The translations under genes were made by a program, and so were the position numbers. The notes beneath the pieces were generated by a model that saw only the letters and a list, made by a program, of their open reading frames with translations, did no database searches and was not told where the DNA came from. DNA of 50,115 nt from Candidatus Altiarchaeota archaeon (GTDB lineage Archaea; Altiarchaeota; Altiarchaeia; IMC4; SCGC-AAA252-I15), in NCBI GenBank assembly GCA_043800255.1, contig JAZDNF010000012.1, forward strand, positions 1 to 50,115, read 5' to 3'. Positions 27,468 through 36,594 of the stretch are shown in pieces; the stretch's first letter is position 1, and each line of letters begins with the position of its first letter.

Positions 27468-28304
27468 ATGAGATTCGGTCTTGTCGGACACCCTGTCGGA
27501 CACAGCCTCTCGCCTGCGATGCATAATGCATCATTCAAGAAGCTCGGCCTAGACTACGATTACGTTCTCTTCGACGTCGAAAAGAATGACCTTAAAAAGT
27601 TCATAGAGAACGCGAAAAAGCGGGAGATGGTAGGAGTGAACGTGACAATCCCCCACAAGGTTGAGGTGATAAAGTACGTTGACAAGCTCAGCAGGGAGGC
27701 TGAGCTTATCGGGGCTGTCAACACCATAAAATTCGGCAAGGAGACGGTAGGCTACAACACTGATGGCATAGGGTGCGTAAAGGCCCTGGAGGAGGCTGGA
27801 GTGAAGGTCAAAGACAGGACAATACTGCTGATAGGGGCCGGAGGCGCTGCTAGGTCTATAATCTTCCAGTGCACGCTGGAAGGCGCCACAGTCCTGATAT
27901 CGAACAGGAAGGCTGAGAGGCGGATGGCAGTCGATCTCAGCAGGGAAGTCAAGAAAAAGCTGGGCAAAACTTGCGAGGTTGTCAACCTGGAGGAGGACAG
28001 CCTCTCGAAAGCGCTTAAGGAGGCCGATATGATGATACACGCAACACCTGTCGGGATGCACCCGAACACGGAAGAGAGCATAATATCTGCTGATATCATC
28101 CCAACAGATGTTACGGTCATGGACATAGTATACAACCCCATGGAGACGAAACTGCTGAGGGAGGCGAAGGCGAAAGGCTGCAAGACCGTCAGCGGCGTGG
28201 GAATGCTCGTCCACCAGGGAGCTGAGTCGGAGAGGATATGGCTTAACGTCAACCCGCCGGTTGACCTGATGAGGGACGCCGTCCTGAAGGGGCTTAAGGC
28301 TTAG
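27468..28304 (+). CDS. aroE: Shikimate dehydrogenase
   Basis: 'GHPVGHSLSP.MHN', 'NVTIPHK', 'GAVNT', 'NTDG', 'GAGGAA'. Confidence 0.97.
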   Translation: MRFGLVGHPVGHSLSPAMHNASFKKLGLDYDYVLFDVEKNDLKKFIENAKKREMVGVNVTIPHKVEVIKYVDKLSREAELIGAVNTIKFGKETVGYNTDGIGCVKALEEAGVKVKDRTILLIGAGGAARSIIFQCTLEGATVLISNRKAERRMAVDLSREVKKKLGKTCEVVNLEEDSLSKALKEADMMIHATPVGMHPNTEESIISADIIPTDVTVMDIVYNPMETKLLREAKAKGCKTVSGVGMLVHQGAESERIWLNVNPPVDLMRDAVLKGLKA

Positions 28305-28309
28305 GAGGG

Positions 28310-29377
28310 TTAGGTCTTAGGGGATAGTCTCCGCATTACCCTCTCCCTGACATCCTTCAGGGGGATTTTATGCTTTTTAGCAATCCTCTTAAGGTCTTCG
28401 AACTCCGGCTTGTCGCAGTATTCTGAGAGCTTGACTGAGACCTCCTCAAAACTGCTGCCAAACTTCACCCTCACAGTCTCTGCCCTCCTCTGCGATTCGA
28501 AACGGTACGCTATCGGATGAACCCTGACTCCAAGCGTTCCAGTCTCCTGCATCATAATCTTAGAGTGGACTTTAGGCCTGTCTGTCAGAACCCTGAACAG
28601 GAAGCCAAGTCTGCCCTTCTTCATGATACAGGGCATTACGTGCGCGTCCAATGCTCCCTCTTCCATGAGCCGTTCAACAGCATAGGACAGCGTCTCCGGC
28701 GTGCAGTCGTCTATGTTAGACTCCAGCATAAGCAGATCTGAAGTCAACGTGGCTGTGAGAACATTAGAATAGGTGAAGTTCTTATCCCCCGCCCCTTTAC
28801 CAACCAGCCCATGCCCCCTCCCCTGACCGTAAGATCTTGCTATGTTCGCCAGTATTGCCGCCCCCGTGGGCGTTGTTATCTCAGCATCTGACCTGCTCAC
28901 CGTAGGGATAGAATGCTTCTTTATTATGTACTCTGTCGCTGGGGCGAGCCTGCCGACAGCGACAACAGACGATGAGACTTCATGCCAGCCCAGCTCCTCG
29001 AGTAGTATCGACGCGGCGGCAGCGTCAACGATGATGTCAGCCGCCTCATGGAGGTGCAATCTGCCCGTAGGAATCTTATGAATTCTGGCCTCAGCCTCCG
29101 CCAGAGTCTTTATTATTTCAGTTGTGAGAGCCTCCGCACGCTTCGAAAGCTTCAATGATTTCACAACCCTTAACATGCTTCTCACGCTACGGTCCCTTCT
29201 GGTGTATTCAACACTGAAGTCTGTCGCAGCCACCCCCCGCTTCTTCACCTTACTGACTTTCAGATGCGCTATGCCCCCAAGCCGGTCCTCCAGCAGCGTT
29301 GGGCTGATTCCAAGATCGAGCAGCGCCCCAACTATCATGTCGCCTGATGCGCCATTAGAACAGTCGATGTGCAGCAT
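28310..29377 (-). CDS. larC: LarC family nickel insertion protein (DUF111)
   Basis: 'GASGDM..GALLDLG', 'AEAEARIH', 'LHE', 'EITTPTGAAI', 'LESNIDD', 'MKKGR', 'KPEFED'. Confidence 0.9.
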   Translation of the reverse strand: MLHIDCSNGASGDMIVGALLDLGISPTLLEDRLGGIAHLKVSKVKKRGVAATDFSVEYTRRDRSVRSMLRVVKSLKLSKRAEALTTEIIKTLAEAEARIHKIPTGRLHLHEAADIIVDAAAASILLEELGWHEVSSSVVAVGRLAPATEYIIKKHSIPTVSRSDAEITTPTGAAILANIARSYGQGRGHGLVGKGAGDKNFTYSNVLTATLTSDLLMLESNIDDCTPETLSYAVERLMEEGALDAHVMPCIMKKGRLGFLFRVLTDRPKVHSKIMMQETGTLGVRVHPIAYRFESQRRAETVRVKFGSSFEEVSVKLSEYCDKPEFEDLKRIAKKHKIPLKDVRERVMRRLSPKT

Positions 29378-29378
29378 T

Positions 29379-29855
29379 TCAATCAGCGAGGCTTTTTATG
29401 AGGCCCTCCAGCCGGTCATACTTGCCTATGTTCTGGGGGTCGAACTCAAGCAGCTTATCGTATTCCATCAATGCCTTACCCTTCTGTCCTGTGAACGCAT
29501 AGAGCAGCCCAAGATCGTAGCGCGCGTCCAGATAGTCTGGCTTCAGCTCCAACGCCTTCTCGAAGCTTTCTATCGCCTTACGTAGGGTCTGCTCGTCCTC
29601 GGCCAGCAGCTCAGGCTCTGAGTAGAGGCAACCTAGGTTGTAGTATGCTTCAGGCATCTCAGGCTTCAGTTCAACGACCTTTTTCAGCAGTTTTTCCACA
29701 TCCTCAAGGTCAAGCTCCTCCTTTGCCAGGAAGACAGCATAGTCGTTCAAGGTGATTATGAGCTTCTCCCTGTTTTTCACGTCGTCTGCAAGCTGCAGCG
29801 CGCCGTCAACATTCCCAGACTCCAGAAGCTTCTCTATGTCCTTAAGCTCGGCCAT
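29379..29855 (-). CDS. Tetratricopeptide repeat protein
   Basis: 'PEAYYNLG', 'FEKALELKPDYLDARYDLG'. Confidence 0.85.
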   Translation of the reverse strand: MAELKDIEKLLESGNVDGALQLADDVKNREKLIITLNDYAVFLAKEELDLEDVEKLLKKVVELKPEMPEAYYNLGCLYSEPELLAEDEQTLRKAIESFEKALELKPDYLDARYDLGLLYAFTGQKGKALMEYDKLLEFDPQNIGKYDRLEGLIKSLAD

Positions 29856-30507
29856 TTTTCCTCAACATCTTGTATGCCAGTATAGCCGCCCCGTAGCCGT
29901 TGTCGATGTTGACTACGGCGACAGGCGTGCACGAGTTCAGCATCGTATACAGTGCAGTCTGGCCTCCGAACGACGTCCCATAGCCGACTGACGTCGGAAC
30001 GCCTATGACAGGTATGTCAGTCAACCCAGACACTACCGAAGGCAGGGCTCCCTCCATGCCAGCTATCACGATCAAAGCTCCAGCATCTTTCATACGCTCG
30101 AGCGCAGGATATACCCTATGGATGCCTGCGACGCCGACATCGTATTCTGCTACAGCCTCCAGACCAAGCTCCTCCGCGATGACTCTAGCCTCCTCTGCTA
30201 TGGGGATGTCAGACGTGCCTGCCGTTAGGATGCCGACGGTTGCGAATGATTTAATCTTGAAACCCTTCTTCTTGATTACGAGAACGCTTCCCCGCTGATT
30301 GTACGCTGTCCTGTAGCTTCCTGCCCTGAATTTTTTCCTGAGTTTCCTGACCTTGCCCTCATCGACTTTAGTCACTAGAATCCTGCCACATTTTTTCAGC
30401 AGAGTGTCTGCTATTCCAACAAGGTCTTCGACCGTTTTTCCGGCGCCGTAGACCACCTCAGGTATGCCGCACCTGCCCTGCCGCTCGTAGTCTAGATTGT
30501 AGTTCAT
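29842..30507 (-). CDS. larB: LarB (AIR carboxylase-like) nickel-pincer cofactor biosynthesis protein
   Basis: 'G.PEVVYG.GKT', 'TAGTSD.PIAEEA', 'DVGVAGIHR', 'AGMEGALPSVV', 'VVNIDNGYGA'. Confidence 0.93.
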   Translation of the reverse strand: MNYNLDYERQGRCGIPEVVYGAGKTVEDLVGIADTLLKKCGRILVTKVDEGKVRKLRKKFRAGSYRTAYNQRGSVLVIKKKGFKIKSFATVGILTAGTSDIPIAEEARVIAEELGLEAVAEYDVGVAGIHRVYPALERMKDAGALIVIAGMEGALPSVVSGLTDIPVIGVPTSVGYGTSFGGQTALYTMLNSCTPVAVVNIDNGYGAAILAYKMLRKNGRA

Positions 30508-31166
30508 TTTATGATGCCAGCCATCCTCCTGATTTCATCGATTGTGAGCTGGCCTGCGGCAGACTCTCTGCCCTTCGAAGCTGAGGCAAAAGTCAGGTAA
30601 GCTCCCATGACAGGCCCCATTATCCTGGATATGCTGCCCAACTCTCCCATCGAGAGCGCTATGATAGGGATTTTAACAGGCTTATCAACCAGCACCTGCA
30701 TGACCCTCAGAACATCGCCGTAGTTGGCTGGCATGTAAGCTACCTTAGCGATGTCCGCCCCGGCTTTGACCTCTTCCTCCAGAGTCGCCCTTATCTCTGT
30801 CTCCCCTGGAGTGCGCTTGAAATCGTGGAATGCTATTATCACCTTGACCTTGGATTTTTTAGCCTCTTTTATTAGGCTATCCCTCAGGGCGGATTCAGTC
30901 TTAAGCTCCACTGTGACATAGTCTGCGAAGTTCAGGGTTCTCTTGAGAAGAGCCACCCGATCCTCTTCGCTTCCCTGGAATTTTCCGCCCTCCCACTTTG
31001 GCATGCAGGTTACGATTTTCGGGGTTTTTATTTTCGAGAGTCTGTCCAAGCCGCCAGTATCCTCCAGGTAATCCAGCCTGAGCTCCACCAGGTCCGCTTT
31101 CAAACTTTTGGCAGACTCCACCATAGCTTCTACGCTTCTGTCAATCAGCGGGACGCATACTCTCAT
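30504..31166 (-). CDS. aroD: Type I 3-dehydroquinate dehydratase
   Basis: 'ADLVELRLD', 'EGG', 'HDF..TP', 'DIAKVA', 'MGELGSISR', 'AAGQ'. Confidence 0.93.
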   Translation of the reverse strand: MRVCVPLIDRSVEAMVESAKSLKADLVELRLDYLEDTGGLDRLSKIKTPKIVTCMPKWEGGKFQGSEEDRVALLKRTLNFADYVTVELKTESALRDSLIKEAKKSKVKVIIAFHDFKRTPGETEIRATLEEEVKAGADIAKVAYMPANYGDVLRVMQVLVDKPVKIPIIALSMGELGSISRIMGPVMGAYLTFASASKGRESAAGQLTIDEIRRMAGIIK

Positions 31167-31199
31167 GTAATATAATCTCGTTTATAAACAATTAATAGG

Positions 31200-31568
31200 G
31201 TGAAGATTGTAAACACGTCACGTAGGGAGGTCATCAGCGGTGATGCTGAAATCAGGCGTTCCTTCACAGGCAGGCTCACCGGCCTTATGCTCTCAAAGAA
31301 AAAGGACATAGTGCTTGAGTCTATGAGAGAGGATACGGTATCAGCCACAATCCACATGGTACTTATGCGATATCCTATCGACGTCATATGGCTCGACTCG
31401 CAGAAGAGGGCTGTTGACTTTCAAAAGGACGTCAAACCCTTCAACCCCCTGAAACCAGGAACATGGAGGACCTGCAAGCCGAAAAAACCCGCAAAGTATG
31501 TTGTAGAGTTGGGGAGGAGCAGGTTAGGGGAGATCGAAGTTGGGGACGGCTTCCGGTTTGTCGGCTGA
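31200..31568 (+). CDS. DUF192 domain protein
   Basis: 'SF..RLTGLM', 'IHM..MRYPIDVIWLD', 'YVVEL', 'GD' at C-terminus. Confidence 0.85.
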   Translation: MKIVNTSRREVISGDAEIRRSFTGRLTGLMLSKKKDIVLESMREDTVSATIHMVLMRYPIDVIWLDSQKRAVDFQKDVKPFNPLKPGTWRTCKPKKPAKYVVELGRSRLGEIEVGDGFRFVG

Positions 31569-31569
31569 A

Positions 31570-31896
31570 TCATTTATCGCATTCGGTATAGTCCAAGCCC
31601 ATATCTTCGCAGCTTATCCGCTGGCATCTGCCGCCGACGCACTCGCATCTTTCCTGTTTAAACCACGGCCGAGCCTTGCACACGATGCTAGGGTCAACTT
31701 CCGGCTTCTCGTCCTTGTGATAACATCCTGGACTGCACTGGCCCTCCTTGATCACACAATTGGAATCAATGCTGCAAGAGAACCCGCCAACCTGAAACTG
31801 CTGCCCGACATCCTGAACGCAACCGGTTACCATCACTATGAAAATTAGTAGGAACAGCGTCAGGTTTTTCTCAGATTCTGAGGGGAGTATTTTCAT
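31570..31896 (-). CDS. Cysteine-rich small lipoprotein
   Basis: Hydrophobic signal, 'VTGC', then 10 Cys including 'CSIDSNC' and 'CECVGGRC'. Confidence 0.7.
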   Translation of the reverse strand: MKILPSESEKNLTLFLLIFIVMVTGCVQDVGQQFQVGGFSCSIDSNCVIKEGQCSPGCYHKDEKPEVDPSIVCKARPWFKQERCECVGGRCQRISCEDMGLDYTECDK

Positions 31897-31919
31897 CTGT
31901 GAACATTAGGTAGTAGGGT

Positions 31920-33239
31920 TTACATTCCCACGAGGCCGCCGAACCGTTTCATCATCTTCTCCAGCTTTCTGCCTGAGCCCATGGACTTCATCATCTTCCG
32001 CATCTTCTTATAATAGTTCAACAACTCCTTCACCTCGGCTGTTGACGTCCCAGAACCTGCGGCAATCCTGTCAACCCGCGAACCCTTAACCTCCAGAGGG
32101 TTCTGCATCTCGTAATCTGTCATCGAATCCATGATCACCTTGAACTTCTTCACCTTCCCCTCCTGCAGGTTCACAACATCCTTCGGGATGGAACCAGCTC
32201 CAGGAATCATCTCCATGACCTTGTCCATCGGGCCCATCTTCGCCATCTGGTCAATCTGATGGTAAAGATCCTCTAGAGTAAACTTGCCAGACATCATACG
32301 CTTCACAGACTCCTCGTCAACATCAACCTCCTTAGCCTTCTCCAAGAGGCCTTCGATATCACCATAACCTAGGACCCTTGACACGAACCGCTTGGGATCG
32401 AACACCTCAAGATCAGGGATATGCTCTCCCATGCCCAAAAAGTAGACTTTCGAACCGGTCTCAGCGCATGCTGAGAGCGCGCCGCCGCCCTTAGCGCTGC
32501 CGTCCAATTTGGAGAGGAGGATACCATCAACCTTGCAGGACTCCTTGAACGCCTTAGCCTGCTCGCCAGCCTGCTGGCCCATCGTGCCGTCCAACACCAT
32601 CAGCACACGGTCAGGCCTGATTTCCTGGTATACTCTGTTGATGTCGTCCATCAAGCTCTTATCCAGCTTGTGCCTCCCTTCGGAGTCTATTATGATAAGG
32701 CTCGAATCCTTGAACTCCCTCATCCCGTTCTTTATTATTTTTAGAGTGTCCTTCTCATTGTTCTCACCGTAGAAGGGGGTGTGAATTTCGGCAGCCAGCT
32801 GCTTAAGCTGCTCGTATGCCGCAGGCCGGAACGTGTCAGCGCATATCAGCTTAGGGTTCAAACCCTTTTTCTTGTAAAATCTAGCCAGTTTTGCAGCGGT
32901 CGTCGTCTTCCCGCTGCCTTGAACTCCAACCAGCAGAACCTTGTCACCGTCCTTCAGAGCCAGCTCGCCGCCCTCTCCAAGGAGGTTCACAAGCTCGTCA
33001 TAGGTTACCTTTACGACGTTCTCGCTCCTGGAGAGCATGCCAGGCGGCTTCTCCAACAAGGACCTTTCCTCTATCTTCTTGGTCAGGTTGAGAACAAGGT
33101 TTATGTTAACGTCGGATGCGATGAGCGCCTTCTGTATCTCCTTCGTGTACTCGCGTATGGCCTTCTTGTCCAGGACAACCGCCTTCCTAAGACCCTTCAC
33201 CGCCACCTGAAGGCCGCTTTTAAGCTTCTCGAACGCCAT
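31920..33239 (-). CDS. srp54: Signal recognition particle protein Srp54
   Basis: 'GVQGSGKTTT', 'DTFRPAAYEQL', 'KLDGSAKGGGALS', Met-rich M domain. Confidence 0.97.
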   Translation of the reverse strand: MAFEKLKSGLQVAVKGLRKAVVLDKKAIREYTKEIQKALIASDVNINLVLNLTKKIEERSLLEKPPGMLSRSENVVKVTYDELVNLLGEGGELALKDGDKVLLVGVQGSGKTTTAAKLARFYKKKGLNPKLICADTFRPAAYEQLKQLAAEIHTPFYGENNEKDTLKIIKNGMREFKDSSLIIIDSEGRHKLDKSLMDDINRVYQEIRPDRVLMVLDGTMGQQAGEQAKAFKESCKVDGILLSKLDGSAKGGGALSACAETGSKVYFLGMGEHIPDLEVFDPKRFVSRVLGYGDIEGLLEKAKEVDVDEESVKRMMSGKFTLEDLYHQIDQMAKMGPMDKVMEMIPGAGSIPKDVVNLQEGKVKKFKVIMDSMTDYEMQNPLEVKGSRVDRIAAGSGTSTAEVKELLNYYKKMRKMMKSMGSGRKLEKMMKRFGGLVGM

Positions 33240-33282
33240 TTTATATTAAACAATTGGAGTGAATAAATAAGAGGTGTAAGCG

Positions 33283-34518
33283 TTGATAGACACTATCATA
33301 TGGGCGATATACTTTTTTTCACTGTATGTCGCGGTGTTCTGGATCCTCGTTCTGGTGGAGAGGATGGTAAACGTGTCGGAAGAGAAGAACGTAGGTTACA
33401 GTCCGTACGTTTCGGTCATAGTGCCTGCCTATAACGAAGAGAAAGGCATAGCAAAGTGCATAGACTCGCTCCTGAAGCTGGATTACCCAAATGAGAAGCT
33501 TGAGATCATAGTAGTGAACGACGGTTCAAAGGATGATACCAAGAGCATATGCGAATCATATGGCGACAAAATCAGGTTCATACATCTTGAGAAGAACAGC
33601 GGCAACAAGGCTGTGCCGCTCAACATAGGTCTGAAAAAGGCGAGAGGTGGGATAGTAGCCTGCCTGGACGCTGACTCCATCGTAGAATCCGATACTTTGA
33701 AGAAGATGCTACCCTACTTCAACGAGGACAGGGTTGCCGCCGTCACTCCGGCGCTGAAAGTCTACAGACCTAAAACGTTGATACAGAAGATGCAGTGGTT
33801 CGAGTACCTGTTCGCCATCTTCCTCAGGAAGGCCATGTCACTAATAGACTGCATCTATGTGACGCCTGGACCGTTCAGCCTATTCAAGAAGGACATCGTG
33901 ATAAAACTCGGAGGATTCGACGAGAAAAACATAACAGAGGACATGGAAATCGCATTAAGATTGCAGGCAAACGGTTATATCATAAGGAACGCCATAGACG
34001 CGTACGTGCACACCATAACCCCCGTCAACCTTAAGGAGCTTACGACACAGCGGAGGAGATGGTATCAGGGCCTCATCTACAACAGCATGCTCTACAGGAA
34101 GCTTATATTCAACAGAGACTACGGTGACTTCGGCATTTTCATGGGATTGAACGTCATAGGCGTTCTGGTGCTGGTCGCATCAGCTTCGCTTCTGATGTAC
34201 CATCTGGTCAAGCCGATGCTGAACGACATATACAACCTGTTTCTGGTCGACTTCGACATAATGACGTATGCTAAGGACTTTAGCATAAACGTCAACCTGC
34301 TGGACATAGACTACACGATGCTCTACATACTCGTTGTTGTTGTGATGTTCGGCTTGTTTGGGCTGCTCATAAGCCACAGGTTCTCGCATGAGAGGATTAG
34401 GAAATATGGTCTGGGCAATGTGATAGCGTTCACGATGTTCTACTTCATCCTGTTGGGCGTCCTTTGGATAGAGGCGCTGGCAAACTATGTCAGCAACGGC
34501 TCCAGGAGAACGTGGTGA
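33283..34518 (+). CDS. Membrane GT2 glycosyltransferase (PgaC/IcaA-like)
   Basis: 'VSVIVPAYNEE', 'NDGS', 'LDADS', 'TEDME', 'QRRRW'. Confidence 0.9.
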   Translation: MIDTIIWAIYFFSLYVAVFWILVLVERMVNVSEEKNVGYSPYVSVIVPAYNEEKGIAKCIDSLLKLDYPNEKLEIIVVNDGSKDDTKSICESYGDKIRFIHLEKNSGNKAVPLNIGLKKARGGIVACLDADSIVESDTLKKMLPYFNEDRVAAVTPALKVYRPKTLIQKMQWFEYLFAIFLRKAMSLIDCIYVTPGPFSLFKKDIVIKLGGFDEKNITEDMEIALRLQANGYIIRNAIDAYVHTITPVNLKELTTQRRRWYQGLIYNSMLYRKLIFNRDYGDFGIFMGLNVIGVLVLVASASLLMYHLVKPMLNDIYNLFLVDFDIMTYAKDFSINVNLLDIDYTMLYILVVVVMFGLFGLLISHRFSHERIRKYGLGNVIAFTMFYFILLGVLWIEALANYVSNGSRRTW

Positions 34519-34522
34519 GAAA

Positions 34523-35206
34523 ATGAGCAGGAAAATAAGCGGCAGACTGTACCTGGTCGCGTTCGTTATCACCGCTGCGATATTCATCCTCGGATTGCTG
34601 TTAGGGGTTATCATCGAGAGCAAGCGCCTGCAGTACGTAGACCAGCGCGCCAGGGAGGAGAGGATAAACTACGAAAGCGTGCAACTGCAGTACCTATACC
34701 TCTCAGCCATCCCGGAGAAGACAGGATGCAACGCGTTTACGGCAACGCTGAACAACTACATAGAGAAGACCGAGCAGACCAGAGCCAGGCTTGAAACATA
34801 TGCGAGGGAGAGCGAAGTCCACAAACCTGAATTCGGCCTCCTCAAGCGGGAATACGTGATATCCCAGATAAACTACTGGATACTGGCAGAAAAGACGAAA
34901 GACCTCTGTAGTACAGATACCACGAGCATACTGTTCTTCTACTCAAGCGACTGCCCCAGATGCGAAGACCAGGGCTTCGTGTTGGACTACATAAAGAAGA
35001 GGTTCGGGCGGAAGGTTCTGATATTCGCGCTCGATGCGGAGTTCATCGACGAACAGATGATCCCCATACTCAAGCAGACGTACAATGTGACCTCGACGCC
35101 AACAGTGATAGTCGACGACGAAACATTCAATGATTTCACAGGCAAGGACGCCCTCACATCCATAATATGCTCCAACCTAGATGAGGAGCCGGAAGAATGC
35201 ACTTAG
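34523..35206 (+). CDS. Membrane-anchored protein with C-terminal thioredoxin-like fold
   Basis: N-terminal TM; 'FFYSSDCPRC' and 'YNVTSTPTVIVD'. Confidence 0.75.
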   Translation: MSRKISGRLYLVAFVITAAIFILGLLLGVIIESKRLQYVDQRAREERINYESVQLQYLYLSAIPEKTGCNAFTATLNNYIEKTEQTRARLETYARESEVHKPEFGLLKREYVISQINYWILAEKTKDLCSTDTTSILFFYSSDCPRCEDQGFVLDYIKKRFGRKVLIFALDAEFIDEQMIPILKQTYNVTSTPTVIVDDETFNDFTGKDALTSIICSNLDEEPEECT

Positions 35207-35775
35207 AACCCCAACTTCTCCAAGAGCTGAAAAGGCAGAGCGTCCATATCCTCGCAGGCCTGTTCATGGCTGCCGCAGTATGGCAGGTTAAACCTATGAT
35301 GGGTTTCTACATTCTGGTTCCGATGCTGATCATAATATTCCTGCTCTGGACTCTGCCGAGGATGGCGCCCAACTTAATGCCGATAAAGCATGTGATAGCC
35401 CACTTCGAAAGGGAGAAGGACATCAAGGAGTTCCCATTCAAAGGCGCCTTCTGGTACAATGTTGGCATAACGCTCCCAGTTACTCTCTTGGACAGGGACA
35501 TGGCGTGCGCGATCATAATAATCCTGAGCCTAGGCGACGGCATGTCAACGCTTGTCGGCAGATTCGTTGGAAAGCACAGGATAGGGAGGAAAAGCATCGA
35601 AGGGTTCATCGCATTCGTCGTATTCAGTGCCCTGGGATCAAGCCTGCTTCTAGATCCGATAAGGGCACTACAGTTCTCGCTGGTGGGAGGTCTCGTAGAG
35701 ATGATTGAATTCTTCGACGACAACCTCATGATACCTCTGACTCTGACGCTCGCAGCCTACTTAGTGGGAGCCTAG
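35197..35775 (+). CDS. Dolichol/polyprenol kinase family (SEC59/DGK1/VTE5)
   Basis: 'RQSVH', 'LGDG...LVG', 'KSIEG', 'DDNL.IP'. Confidence 0.85.
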   Translation: MHLEPQLLQELKRQSVHILAGLFMAAAVWQVKPMMGFYILVPMLIIIFLLWTLPRMAPNLMPIKHVIAHFEREKDIKEFPFKGAFWYNVGITLPVTLLDRDMACAIIIILSLGDGMSTLVGRFVGKHRIGRKSIEGFIAFVVFSALGSSLLLDPIRALQFSLVGGLVEMIEFFDDNLMIPLTLTLAAYLVGA

Positions 35776-36594
35776 GACTCTGTCCAGCAGCCGTATAACC
35801 CCTACATTCTCTTTAACGTCATGCACCCTGAGGACGTCAACTCCATTCAAAGCACAGTATGCTGTAACGCCCAAAGTCGCAGGAAGCCGGTCTTCGACTG
35901 GAATGCCAAGGACGTTGCCTATGAACGACTTGCGCGAGTGGCCCACAAGGAGTGGAAGCCCGATTTTCTTGAACTCTCTGATATTCTTTAGTATCGCAAG
36001 ATTATGCTCAGTGGTCTTGCCGAATCCTATGCCAGGATCCAGTATGATCCGGTCATCTGCTATTCCAATCGATCCTGCGAACTCTACCCTCTCCTTGAAG
36101 AATCCGACAATGTCGGATACGATGTCAGTGTATTTTGGACTGTCCTGCATGTTTGAGGGGGTTCCCTGCATGTGCATTACCACCACCGGCAGGCCTGAGC
36201 TTGCAACAGCCTCTGCCATTCCCTTGGACCTGAGCCCGTAAATGTCGTTCACCATCGACGCACCAGCCGTTATGGCAGCCCTGACGACCTCAGGCGTGTA
36301 GGAGTCTACGGAGAGCGGGATGTCAAGGTTGGATGAGAGCGCCTTGATTACCGGCACTATCCTCCCAGCCTCCTCCTTCGCTGAGACTGGAACAGCCCCA
36401 GGACGGGAGGATTCCCCTCCGACGTCGATGATGTCAGCCCCTTCTGAGGCCAATCTCATGGCATGTTCGACAGCTGCATCATAATTCAGGTTACGTCCGC
36501 CGTCATAGAACGAATCTGGCGTGACATTCAGTATTCCCATGACAAGAGTCCTGCCCAACCGAAGGGTGTAGTCGCCGCACTCTATCTTAGCCAT
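35761..36594 (-). CDS. folP: Dihydropteroate synthase (bacterial type)
   Basis: 'MGILNVTPDSFYDGG', 'GGESSRPG', 'DPGIGFGK', 'SRKSF', 'RVHDV'. Confidence 0.97.
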   Translation of the reverse strand: MAKIECGDYTLRLGRTLVMGILNVTPDSFYDGGRNLNYDAAVEHAMRLASEGADIIDVGGESSRPGAVPVSAKEEAGRIVPVIKALSSNLDIPLSVDSYTPEVVRAAITAGASMVNDIYGLRSKGMAEAVASSGLPVVVMHMQGTPSNMQDSPKYTDIVSDIVGFFKERVEFAGSIGIADDRIILDPGIGFGKTTEHNLAILKNIREFKKIGLPLLVGHSRKSFIGNVLGIPVEDRLPATLGVTAYCALNGVDVLRVHDVKENVGVIRLLDRVLGSH

